Below, one piece after another: positions 48,158 to 56,832 of a stretch of 64,000 bases of DNA (the stretch's first letter is position 1; each line of letters opens with the position of its first letter). The position numbers were made by a program, and so were the translations under genes. The DNA lies in the NCBI GenBank assembly GCA_031262525.1, contig JAISHM010000007.1:21635-85634 (forward strand). The letters run 5' to 3'. The stretch is from Rickettsiales bacterium. GTDB lineage: Bacteria; Pseudomonadota; Alphaproteobacteria; Rs-D84. The notes below the pieces were generated by a model, which worked only from the letters and a program-made list of their open reading frames with translations, had not been told where the DNA came from and did not search any database.

Positions 48158-48425
48158 AGATTTTATTTATGATATAAAAATAGACCTGCATGGATATACA
48201 ACTATGCAGGCATTTTGTAAGACACTGGATACCATAGAGGGCGCGTATAAATCGGGCGCACGAAACATCTTGTTTATTACCGGCGTTGGAAACACGGAAC
48301 GCGGAACGGGCGCAATTCGCGCAGAATTTTCAGTGTATTTAGACCACCCGCGGGTGCGTGATACGATTTTATCAACAGAATATACAAATGGACAATATCG
48401 CGTCAGATTACGCAAAATAAAATAA
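48141..48425 (+). CDS. Smr-domain protein (small MutS-related)
   Basis: IDLHGYTTMQAF...ILFITGVGN Smr pattern. Only a TTG start is available in frame; it overlaps the upstream gene by 17 nt. Confidence 0.65.
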   Translation: MNRKNKDFIYDIKIDLHGYTTMQAFCKTLDTIEGAYKSGARNILFITGVGNTERGTGAIRAEFSVYLDHPRVRDTILSTEYTNGQYRVRLRKIK

Positions 48426-48480
48426 TTTGCGCATACGCTGTTTTTTGCTATACTAACATCCGCAAAAAAGGAAAAATTAA

Positions 48481-49374
48481 ATGGAATATGATATTGTTAT
48501 ATTGGGCAGTGGTCCGGCTGGACTGACCGCGGCGCTGTATGCGGCCCGCGCGGGAAAAAGCACAATGGTATTGGGCGGAAATGAATTGGGCGGACAGACG
48601 GCAACAATTGCAAAACTGGAAAATTATCCCGGGTTTATGGGCAGTGGTTTGGAACTGGCCGAAAAAATGCGCGACCAAGCAAAAATGTTCGGCGCGACAA
48701 TTAAAATGACATCCGCGCAAAGTGTTAAAACACACGGGGAAAGCTTCTCTGTAATAACCACTGGTGGCGACGAATATATTGCGCGTGCGGTGATTATCGC
48801 AACAGGGGCCAGCCCGCGCAAAATGCAAATTACAGGTGTCCGGGAATTTTTTGGTCGCGGGGTATCTTATTGCGCGACTTGCGATGGATTTTTTTATACA
48901 GATAAAGATGTCTTGGTAATTGGTGGTGGAAATTCTGCGTTAAATGACGCTTTGTATCTGGCGAATATCGCGCGCAGCGTAAAAATAATTTATCGTCGTG
49001 ATACTTTTTCGCGGGCGGAAAAAATTCTGTCGGACCGCGTGAATGACACGAAAAACATATCTGTTTTGTGGAATACCGAATTGACCGAGGTCGGGGGCGA
49101 TGCGTCTGGCGTTACATTTGCAAAAACATCAAATATGGAACAAATTGAATGCGATGGGGTATTTATTGCGATTGGACACGAAGCAAACACAGACTTTCTG
49201 GGCGAAGAATACAAACGCGATAATATGGGGCGCATAATTGCGGGCGACCTGCCGCGCGGAATCTTTGTCGCGGGTGATGTTCGCGCCGGGATAAAGATGC
49301 AGGTTGCGACAGCGGTTGGGACTGGGTGTGATACGGCAATGGACGCAATCGCATATTTGAACTCTGTAAAATAA
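48481..49374 (+). CDS. trxB: Thioredoxin reductase
   Basis: ILGSGPAGLTAALYAAR, redox-active CATCDG, and GGGNSALNDALYL. Confidence 0.95.
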   Translation: MEYDIVILGSGPAGLTAALYAARAGKSTMVLGGNELGGQTATIAKLENYPGFMGSGLELAEKMRDQAKMFGATIKMTSAQSVKTHGESFSVITTGGDEYIARAVIIATGASPRKMQITGVREFFGRGVSYCATCDGFFYTDKDVLVIGGGNSALNDALYLANIARSVKIIYRRDTFSRAEKILSDRVNDTKNISVLWNTELTEVGGDASGVTFAKTSNMEQIECDGVFIAIGHEANTDFLGEEYKRDNMGRIIAGDLPRGIFVAGDVRAGIKMQVATAVGTGCDTAMDAIAYLNSVK

Positions 49375-49398
49375 AAATGCGGTTAAAACCGCATTTTT
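49374..49398. terminator. Bidirectional terminator between trxB and the bamB-like gene
   Basis: AAAATGCGG-ttaaaa-CCGCATTTT. Confidence 0.6.
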
Positions 49399-50146
49399 AT
49401 TTTCCGTTTATTGCGTTGAACTTTTCATCATCAACCATAACAAAGTAATTTCCATTATCATTTATAACTTTTGGGGTGGCGGATTTTTTAGTGTTCGCAG
49501 TCCAATAAATTTTTCCATTTTTTGCATTTAATGCGTATAAAATTTTATCCACACTATTCACAAAAACAATATCATTTAATAAAACAAAGTTTTTATCCGT
49601 GGATAAATTTGCGCACCATTTTTTGTTTCCATTTTGTATATTTAACGCGCAAAATTCCCCACCCAATCCCCCAACAAATAACAAATTATTATTCGCAATT
49701 GGCATCGCCGTTATATCCACTAAACGAGACCCACCCAACATATTGGAATTTTTATAAACATCGGCAATCCATAAAATTTGACGATTGCGAGGATTTATTT
49801 TTGCAACTTCTCCAGTGGTCAGCGCCGCATAAACAAAGTTTTTATAAAATACAGGATAACGCGGTGTATCTATCTTTTCATTTGTTGCAAAACCCGCAAA
49901 GATTTTTCTGTCCGGATTTCCGTCTTTTTTCTCAAAAACTTCGTTATCCAGGGTCTGCACAAATTTGTCTGTAATTTCAGGTGTTATAATTTTTGCATTT
50001 GCAAATTCAGACATTGGAATATCCCCAATAGTTTCAACACCAACCGAATCAAATACTGGTGTCCGCGCGCCTGGCAAAATCGGGTCCGAAGACGAACACG
50101 CCGAAACAGCAATCATAACCAACAAAACAGATATTATTTTTTTCAT
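49397..50146 (-). CDS. BamB-like PQQ-repeat beta-propeller lipoprotein (short, 249 aa)
   Basis: Lipobox AVSACS. Repeats of type LYALNAKNGKIYW, FCALNIQNGNKKW and VAKINPRNRQILW. Follows a yfgM-like gene, as in the conserved yfgM-bamB order. Confidence 0.65.
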   Translation of the reverse strand: MKKIISVLLVMIAVSACSSSDPILPGARTPVFDSVGVETIGDIPMSEFANAKIITPEITDKFVQTLDNEVFEKKDGNPDRKIFAGFATNEKIDTPRYPVFYKNFVYAALTTGEVAKINPRNRQILWIADVYKNSNMLGGSRLVDITAMPIANNNLLFVGGLGGEFCALNIQNGNKKWCANLSTDKNFVLLNDIVFVNSVDKILYALNAKNGKIYWTANTKKSATPKVINDNGNYFVMVDDEKFNAINGK

Positions 50147-50151
50147 TTTTA

Positions 50152-50835
50152 CTACTTTATTATTTGTGCAATTGCGCGGATATTTTCAGGGGTATTTTTA
50201 TCAGATATAATTTCATCTATGATTTTATTTGCCGCCGTCGTATCATCAGACGCGATATATTTTTGCGCAACCATTATCATCGCAGTATAATACACAGGTG
50301 ATTTTTTTGTCATAGCGGGACGCATAAATTTTGCGAATTCGTCTGCGCTCATTTTATCGCCATTTATTGTTGCCAAACGAACCCTTGCCAGGTCGCGGAA
50401 ATCACGCGTTGCGCCACCCGTCGCCAGTTGTGCCAATTTTTCGGTTCCGCGTCCTGCCTGGATATCTATCATCGCAGATTCAAACAATGCCAAATCCGAC
50501 ATTCCGTTTGATACTTTTTCTGCCGCCATTTGATACATTTTTTCTGCGCCCGCCGCGTCCCCAGATGCCTGCAAGGCCAATGCGTCCTCGAACATTTTTG
50601 CCTGGGACACTGCACTGCGATACGCAAAGTGTTTATACAATTGGGTACCCGCCACAATCATAACCAGCGCAATCGCACATATTATAATCGCCCGCATATT
50701 TTTACGCACAAAATTATAGACTTTTTCTGCGTGCACTTCCTCGCTAATTTCGCGATACAGGGCATCGTCCGAATGGTTATTTACAGGTGCCGGGGCCAGT
50801 TTTGTTTTTTGATTTCTGCGCAATATATTTGCCAT
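50152..50835 (-). CDS. YfgM-like single-pass TPR-like membrane protein
   Basis: One TM segment (AIIICAIALVMIVAGTQLY) followed by a helical-repeat domain. Synteny with the bamB-like gene. Confidence 0.55.
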   Translation of the reverse strand: MANILRRNQKTKLAPAPVNNHSDDALYREISEEVHAEKVYNFVRKNMRAIIICAIALVMIVAGTQLYKHFAYRSAVSQAKMFEDALALQASGDAAGAEKMYQMAAEKVSNGMSDLALFESAMIDIQAGRGTEKLAQLATGGATRDFRDLARVRLATINGDKMSADEFAKFMRPAMTKKSPVYYTAMIMVAQKYIASDDTTAANKIIDEIISDKNTPENIRAIAQIIK

Positions 50836-50900
50836 TTTATTTCCTTTGTGTTTTATTATATATTATACAAATAATAGTAATTTTATCCCGAATGTGCAAG

Positions 50901-50929
50901 TTGATTTTAACCTGCGTGCGATGTATAAT
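50901..50929 (+). promoter_or_regulatory. Promoter of rpoH (TTGATT-17-TATAAT), 6 nt from the ATG at 50936
   Basis: TTGATT at 50901-50906 and TATAAT at 50924-50929. No SD before the ATG. Shares the 14-mer TGCGATGTATAATG with the rnpA promoter. Confidence 0.5.
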
Positions 50930-50935
50930 GTATTT

Positions 50936-51826
50936 ATGGATAAAAATTTACCTGTTATTAAAAAAAATGATTTACCGATTATATCGGATGACCGGTCGTT
51001 ATCGCGATACATAGATTATATCCAACGATTCCCTATTTTATCCGCAGAAACCGAGTATGAATACGCAACCGACTGGACAGAAAACCACAACCCTGCCGCT
51101 GCGGAAAAATTGGTTACATCGCATCTGCGTATGGTTGTGGCAACAGCGTATGATTTTAAGAATTATGGCATTCCTTTATCGGACCTGATTGCGTCGGGAA
51201 ATTTGGGGCTGATGCAGGCAGTGCAAAAATTTGACCCGTCGCGTGGTTATCGCTTTTCAACATACGCGATGTTTTGGGTACGTGCGGAAATGTATGACTT
51301 GATTTTATCAAATTGGTCAATTGTAAAAATAGGAACCAGCGCAAATCAAAAACGTGTATTTTTTAACCTGGGACGGGCGCGACGCGCATTGGGAATTATG
51401 GACGGGGTGTTGTCGCCAAATCAAACAAAACAAATTGCAGATTATCTGGATGTAAATGAATCTGATGTGTCGCGTATGGCGGGGCGTATGGGCGCGCGTG
51501 ATGTTTCATTGAATGCTCCGGCACATAATGATTCGGATTCTGACACATCTGATATTTTATCCAACCTGGCGGATACAACCGATTCAATAGAGGACAGATT
51601 GGGCGATTATCAGGAACAAAAAAAGGGACGCGAATTATTAAAAAAACATTTGGAAATTTTGCCACAACGCGACCGCGAGATTCTAATTGCACGACGGCTG
51701 GCGCGACCCGCACAAACTTTGGAACAATTGTCGGAAAAATATGGCGTATCGCGCGAAAGAATCCGCCAAATAGAAGAACGCGCATTTACAAAATTACAAT
51801 CGGCAATTCTGGCGGACAAAAAATGA
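50936..51826 (+). CDS. rpoH: RNA polymerase sigma-32 (heat shock) factor
   Basis: LSRYIDYIQRFPILSAETEYEYA, LVTSHLRMVV, GNLGLMQAVQKFDP, the RpoH-box-like IVKIGTSANQKRVFFNL, and region 4 LEQLSEKYGVSRERIRQIE. The start was trimmed from 50846. Confidence 0.9.
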   Translation: MDKNLPVIKKNDLPIISDDRSLSRYIDYIQRFPILSAETEYEYATDWTENHNPAAAEKLVTSHLRMVVATAYDFKNYGIPLSDLIASGNLGLMQAVQKFDPSRGYRFSTYAMFWVRAEMYDLILSNWSIVKIGTSANQKRVFFNLGRARRALGIMDGVLSPNQTKQIADYLDVNESDVSRMAGRMGARDVSLNAPAHNDSDSDTSDILSNLADTTDSIEDRLGDYQEQKKGRELLKKHLEILPQRDREILIARRLARPAQTLEQLSEKYGVSRERIRQIEERAFTKLQSAILADKK

Positions 51827-52833
51827 AAAAATTAGTTTTAATTTTTGTGGGGGTATTGTTTTGTGGCGCGGCGAACGCACTGACACACAAAACAGATGAC
51901 TGGAAATTTAATTTATCTGGCTATGGCACTGGAATGGGTATTTCGTCCAACGAAAAGTCGCAAATTCGTGGGGATTGGCAACTGGTGGGCAGCGCCACAT
52001 ACAGCATAAACAACGATTGGCGCGTGGGCGCGACATTGGGGCACAGCGCATGGAATGTTTTGCGTCATAATATCGTCAAAGATGGATTTGTTTTTATGGA
52101 AAATCCGTGGGGCAGGGCCGAGGTTGGAATAACCAGTTCCATTGCCAGTAAATTGGCATTGGGATTACCTGATGTTGGTGGATTGCAATTTAATCGTAAT
52201 TTTTGGGTTCTGCGCAATGTTGATGCCGAAAATATCTTGTGGAAGAATTCGGTTTATGATGGGTCGGGGGAATATCGGATAAATTTGGCGTCCCGTCCGG
52301 GTGATATTCAATATGGATTATCTGTGGTACCGCGTGGGCGGAGTTTTAACACCTCTGTTGACGCGGGATTAAAATATAAAATAGGCGACGGCAAAACAAA
52401 ATATGCGTTATCATTCGGCGCAATGTTTATGGATTCACCCGATGGCTTTAATGGGAATGATTACGCGCCAAAGGTTTTTTCAGATTGGCGCGCGGGGGTG
52501 TCGCTTGGGCTGAATATCCAGTATAATAGTTTTTTATGGGGACTGACCGCGACAGCGAATTACGACCAAAATCCACGCGGTGAATTATCAGACGGGATTG
52601 GGATTGGGTCTGGTATCAGTTATGACTTATTATCTTGGTCGGCGTCATTATCGTATAAATTTTCACAAATTGGATTGTTTCATAGCGGCGAGAACAATTG
52701 TTTTGCGCATACTGGCGTGGCGTCTATCCGATACAAAATAAACCAATTTTGGACTGTGTGGGTATCTGGTGGCGCGACGCGAATGCAAAAAACACATCCA
52801 TTTATTGCGGGTGGTATAACACTGAAATTTTAA
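51823..52833 (+). CDS. Porin-like outer membrane beta-barrel protein
   Basis: Signal peptide (VLFCGAANA), alternating amphipathic beta-strand pattern, and C-terminal ...GGITLKF. ATGA overlap with the rpoH stop. Confidence 0.65.
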   Translation: MKKLVLIFVGVLFCGAANALTHKTDDWKFNLSGYGTGMGISSNEKSQIRGDWQLVGSATYSINNDWRVGATLGHSAWNVLRHNIVKDGFVFMENPWGRAEVGITSSIASKLALGLPDVGGLQFNRNFWVLRNVDAENILWKNSVYDGSGEYRINLASRPGDIQYGLSVVPRGRSFNTSVDAGLKYKIGDGKTKYALSFGAMFMDSPDGFNGNDYAPKVFSDWRAGVSLGLNIQYNSFLWGLTATANYDQNPRGELSDGIGIGSGISYDLLSWSASLSYKFSQIGLFHSGENNCFAHTGVASIRYKINQFWTVWVSGGATRMQKTHPFIAGGITLKF

Positions 52834-52871
52834 TTTTTTTTTATGGCTAAATTTGATATAATTAGCCTGTT

Positions 52872-53825
52872 ATGATTATGCGAATGTTCGGCATTGCGGC
52901 CATGTTTTTTTGTTTATTATCACAAACATCTTTTGCAAATGAAGATGCACTGGATTCCGCTTTGCAGAATGCGAGAACCAGTTGCGCGGGTATTTCTGAT
53001 GAATTTGATAAATTAAAAACTTTGGCGGGGATAAATACCGCGATAACGGGCGTTGGGACACTGGCGGGGGGGGGGGCGGTTGCAACAGGATTTGTAAAGC
53101 AGTCGCGGGACGCGCAAATTGCAAAATTGGAAATGGCAAAACTTACCAAAATATCCTATAATAATAATTCTTCCTATAATGCCAGCGCCACTGATGTAAA
53201 ATCTGCAATGAATTCGTATTACGAAAAACATAAAAACGACACCCCCGAACAGATAGAGACCGAAATAGATAAATTGACCAAACAATCCAAAAACTTGGGT
53301 AATTGGCGCACTGGATTACTGGCGGGCAGCACCGCTACAAACATTGCGGGCGCGATTATCGCGGGTAATAATCGTGCGTCCAGTGATTTACACGGCGCGG
53401 TCGCGGATTGTAAATCGTCGGTATCTGCGTTGCGCGGCGCGTATATGCAGGCGAGATTAGATGGCGCAAACACAAAGAAAATTGAACAGGCAATAACAAT
53501 AGTTTCAGAATGCGGTAAATGGGAAAATACCGATATATCAAAAATAGATAATCGCGCGACGGGCGCTATGTGGTCATCGGTGGCTGGCGCAACGCTGGGA
53601 ACCGCGGGAACAATCACCAGCGCATTTGCAAATACCGATAAAACTCGAAACGACGATTCCGACAACGGAAAACAAAAAGAAAAAAATCTGAATACGGCAT
53701 CAAATGTTTTGGCGATTGGAACAACAGCGGCATCGCTGACCGCGACTATATTCAATGCGACACAAATCGCGGCAATTAAAAAGGCGTCTGCTGTGGCGGA
53801 TGAATGTCAAGAGGCATTGCAATGA
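52872..53825 (+). CDS. Secreted Ala/Gly/Thr-rich protein (317 aa), function unknown
   Basis: Signal peptide (FFCLLSQTSFANE). Four ~20-aa G/A/T-rich hydrophobic segments (INTAITGVGTLAGGGAVATGF, LLAGSTATNIAGAIIAGN, SSVAGATLGTAGTITSAFA, VLAIGTTAASLTATIF) and 4 Cys. Confidence 0.6.
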   Translation: MIMRMFGIAAMFFCLLSQTSFANEDALDSALQNARTSCAGISDEFDKLKTLAGINTAITGVGTLAGGGAVATGFVKQSRDAQIAKLEMAKLTKISYNNNSSYNASATDVKSAMNSYYEKHKNDTPEQIETEIDKLTKQSKNLGNWRTGLLAGSTATNIAGAIIAGNNRASSDLHGAVADCKSSVSALRGAYMQARLDGANTKKIEQAITIVSECGKWENTDISKIDNRATGAMWSSVAGATLGTAGTITSAFANTDKTRNDDSDNGKQKEKNLNTASNVLAIGTTAASLTATIFNATQIAAIKKASAVADECQEALQ

Positions 53826-56719
53826 AAAAATTACTGATGTTATTTTTTATTGTTTTATTTGCAATCCCAGTATTCGCAGATGATGTCCCTACCGACCAAG
53901 ATAACTTATTTTTCAGCGCGGAAAATGTAAAGGGCGCAATCGTTGATTTTGTCCCAGAAAAAAACCAAGAAAAAGTTGCAAATTTATACGAAGAATTGAT
54001 GAATCAAGAAAATGGGAAAATGTCAATTGAAAAATTATTTTTGATTTGTCGTGCTGCGGGTTTTAATACTTATCGCGTTGATGGTTATAACAAGTGCGCT
54101 GAATTTATCGGACAAATGTTAAACGATGTTGATGCTGATTATGAATTGGCAATGGGAATGTTTTGTCCTGGGCCCGATGAAAACGGAAAAAATCCGAATG
54201 GTTTACAATCTATTACCGACCAAACACAAATTGGGGAATTTTGTATCAGCAGTAATATAGCCGCAGGTGAAGTTATATTCCGAAAAGATAATAAAACTTG
54301 TACATGTTTGGCGACAGCATGCAACCCAGGCTTTGGATTTAATAATGGTCGTGAAACGCGCAGTGGCACCTGTATGAAAATAATTGGTCCAAAACCAACC
54401 ACCCGTAAAGAATTCAAGAAAGACTCTAAAACAGACACACTTGAAAAGTGTAAAAATTTTTGTATCAGCGATGCCCAGGCAAATGATTACAATGTTATAA
54501 AGATTCAACTGAATCACAAGGACAACAAATGTATCTGTAATCCAAACACGATTGACGACGAACGCGGCGAAGAATTACGCGCGGCGGCATTAAAGTCTTT
54601 CAAGGTTTGTGGGGTAGACAAGGGTCGCACTGGTGGTAAAGAAATCTGTGTTCTGGATATATTTAACAACACAAATGTTGGACAACTCCAAGCAGCTGGA
54701 TTGGCGCGCGAATATGCACGTATAAAATATAACGATACAATACAATGTGAAACGCAATATCGTGAATCTGGTAATGATGATTATATCCGCTGCCACAGCA
54801 CAAAAAAAGGTGTAAAAAATTATTATGAATTTAAGTTTGACGATGTCACAGAAAGTATAGATGGACAAATCAAAGCGGATACAGTTGCCGGGATTTGCGC
54901 GCTGCATAACCTGGGCGAATATAGTGGGATTGGTTGCATTGTTAAAAATAACGAAAAACTTTGTACTGGGAAACTGGCACAATCTGCAAAAGAATTTGGT
55001 ATGTCTGTAAAGTTTTCTGGACATACATGTGATATATTGGACAGACAACTTGCGCGCGAAACTGCTGATAAAGAACTGGCCACATTAAAAAATATTGACC
55101 CACGTATATTTTATGATGGAATCCAAATTCAGGGTTCTGCGAATATTGTTTCACAATTACGTACTTATGTTCAAAAAATGGGATATCCCGCTAAAAAATT
55201 CACATGTGATTCTGGTGTTGGAAAAATTAAACGTGGCACAACAAGTTTAATGGAATATGTTACTGGAAATACTGATGATGTTCTGCGTTGTTATGTTGAT
55301 GATATGCCTGTTGATTTTGTGTTTGACGATTTTTCAGAAAGTTGGCTGTATGTTAGAGAGGCTGGCGAATCAGGTATTGGTTGTATCGGTGTCGGTGGAA
55401 AATACGCGAATGAAAAATGTTATGGTCTGAATCAACAACAATGCACGGACCTGGACCGGGGGTTAAAGGTAAAACACCCCGATATGGGCGGGACAAAGTG
55501 GGAAGGCGGACAATGCGTCCTGCGCGATGCTAAACAGGCCGCAAAATATGATATTGCAATCCAGGTTGGTGGTGCGCTTGTGGCGGCGGCCGATTGTTTG
55601 CTTTTAACCAAGACTGGTTGCGCGATTCTTGCGGTGGAATATAGTGGTTTGATGATGGAACTGAATACCCAGGATATAATGAAAGATATGGCGGATAAAT
55701 TTTTAACACAATCTACAAAATGTAATTCTCGCGATTGCGCAAAACAAACAATTAGCACATTGGGGGGACAGGTATTGAGTGTCCAGGAAGCATTAAAACC
55801 AGAAACAATTCGCGCAATCGACGAAGAATTTGCGCGCCTGATAACATTATTGGACGACTCAGATGTATCGTTATCGTCAGATTCTGATTATGAAGATATC
55901 GTTAAACAACTGGGGGGCGACCCAAATGATTCAAATGGAACAACATTAAAGGTATTAAATAAAATTGGATTGGTTGCGCAATTTACATCTATTGGTATAT
56001 CGGGATTTCGTTTAACAAGTGGCGCAATACAAAAACTAATTTCGCGCAGTGCGGCAAAATCCGGCACAAAAACCGCCGCCGCTGCCAGCAAAGTAAAAGT
56101 ATTTAATTCTGCGGGTAAAGAAGTTGCAAAAAATTCAATGCCGCGACCATTGAACCAAAAAAATATAGATGAACTTGATAAGATAAATCAACAATTAAAA
56201 ACTGCAACTGGACAGGTAAAAACAAAATTAAACCTACAGAAAAACACTCTGTTGAACGCGATAAGAAAACAAATGATTGGTGACGGGGTACCGGACGATG
56301 AAATAACGGCCGCGCTGGCGCGTTTTTATGATAACCCTCCGCCCGCCAGCGCAGCAGATAATGCGACGCGCGCCGTTGACGATGTTGTGGATAACACCCC
56401 ACCCGCGCCAAAATCAGAACCAACGCCAGTGGTTAAACCCGTGGATAACACTCCACCCGCACCAAAACCAACACCTGTGCCGATTTCGGAAACAACCACA
56501 TTACGGACACAGGCCAGCAATACGTTTGATAATTATTTATTCAATTTCAAAAAAAATAATACCACAGCTAGTTTTCCAAAATCAAGAATGACGGACACGG
56601 AATGGGCAAAACTAAATAGTGAATTGACGGACGATGGTGTAAAACTAGTCCAAAAAGGTGATTATATGACTTTCGTAAAAACCGCAGACGACGCGCCAGT
56701 GGTTAAACCCCGTGGATAA
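53822..56719 (+). CDS. Large cysteine-rich secreted/membrane protein (~965 aa) with C-terminal proline-rich repeats, function unknown
   Basis: Signal peptide MKKLLMLFFIVLFAIPVFADD. About 600 aa containing more than 30 Cys, then a hydrophobic stretch IAIQVGGALVAAADCLLLTKTGCAILAV. The C-terminal region contains VDNTPPAPKSEPTPVVKPVDNTPPAPKPTPVP. ATGA overlap with the upstream gene. Confidence 0.7.
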   Translation: MKKLLMLFFIVLFAIPVFADDVPTDQDNLFFSAENVKGAIVDFVPEKNQEKVANLYEELMNQENGKMSIEKLFLICRAAGFNTYRVDGYNKCAEFIGQMLNDVDADYELAMGMFCPGPDENGKNPNGLQSITDQTQIGEFCISSNIAAGEVIFRKDNKTCTCLATACNPGFGFNNGRETRSGTCMKIIGPKPTTRKEFKKDSKTDTLEKCKNFCISDAQANDYNVIKIQLNHKDNKCICNPNTIDDERGEELRAAALKSFKVCGVDKGRTGGKEICVLDIFNNTNVGQLQAAGLAREYARIKYNDTIQCETQYRESGNDDYIRCHSTKKGVKNYYEFKFDDVTESIDGQIKADTVAGICALHNLGEYSGIGCIVKNNEKLCTGKLAQSAKEFGMSVKFSGHTCDILDRQLARETADKELATLKNIDPRIFYDGIQIQGSANIVSQLRTYVQKMGYPAKKFTCDSGVGKIKRGTTSLMEYVTGNTDDVLRCYVDDMPVDFVFDDFSESWLYVREAGESGIGCIGVGGKYANEKCYGLNQQQCTDLDRGLKVKHPDMGGTKWEGGQCVLRDAKQAAKYDIAIQVGGALVAAADCLLLTKTGCAILAVEYSGLMMELNTQDIMKDMADKFLTQSTKCNSRDCAKQTISTLGGQVLSVQEALKPETIRAIDEEFARLITLLDDSDVSLSSDSDYEDIVKQLGGDPNDSNGTTLKVLNKIGLVAQFTSIGISGFRLTSGAIQKLISRSAAKSGTKTAAAASKVKVFNSAGKEVAKNSMPRPLNQKNIDELDKINQQLKTATGQVKTKLNLQKNTLLNAIRKQMIGDGVPDDEITAALARFYDNPPPASAADNATRAVDDVVDNTPPAPKSEPTPVVKPVDNTPPAPKPTPVPISETTTLRTQASNTFDNYLFNFKKNNTTASFPKSRMTDTEWAKLNSELTDDGVKLVQKGDYMTFVKTADDAPVVKPRG
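56387..56467 (+). repeat. Tandem 54-nt-period repeat encoding VDNTPPAPK; a third broken copy lies at 56695-56721
   Basis: GTGGATAACACCCCACCCGCGCCAAAA (56387-56413) versus GTGGATAACACTCCACCCGCACCAAAA (56441-56467). GCCAGTGGTTAAACCCGTGGATAACA (56425-56450) recurs at 56695-56721 with one extra C. Confidence 0.85.
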
Positions 56720-56832
56720 CAAACCAACGATATATTTGATAAATTCCGAATACCAAGCCACACTTGACCCAAATAAAATAGATGTATTATTTAATACTAC
56801 TGGAAACACTCTATCAAAATAACACCCGTATT

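Noticed and set aside
50846-50935. Upstream extension of rpoH (ORF-track start at 50846), and similar extensions of pnp (27048), parA (44491), parB (45281), the ygiW-like gene (46653), ybaB (24923), the Yip1 gene (19692) and the tolC-like gene (9270)
   Set aside because: The extensions lack homology to the respective families, overlap promoters or neighbouring genes, and better-placed ATG codons with SD or promoter context exist downstream.
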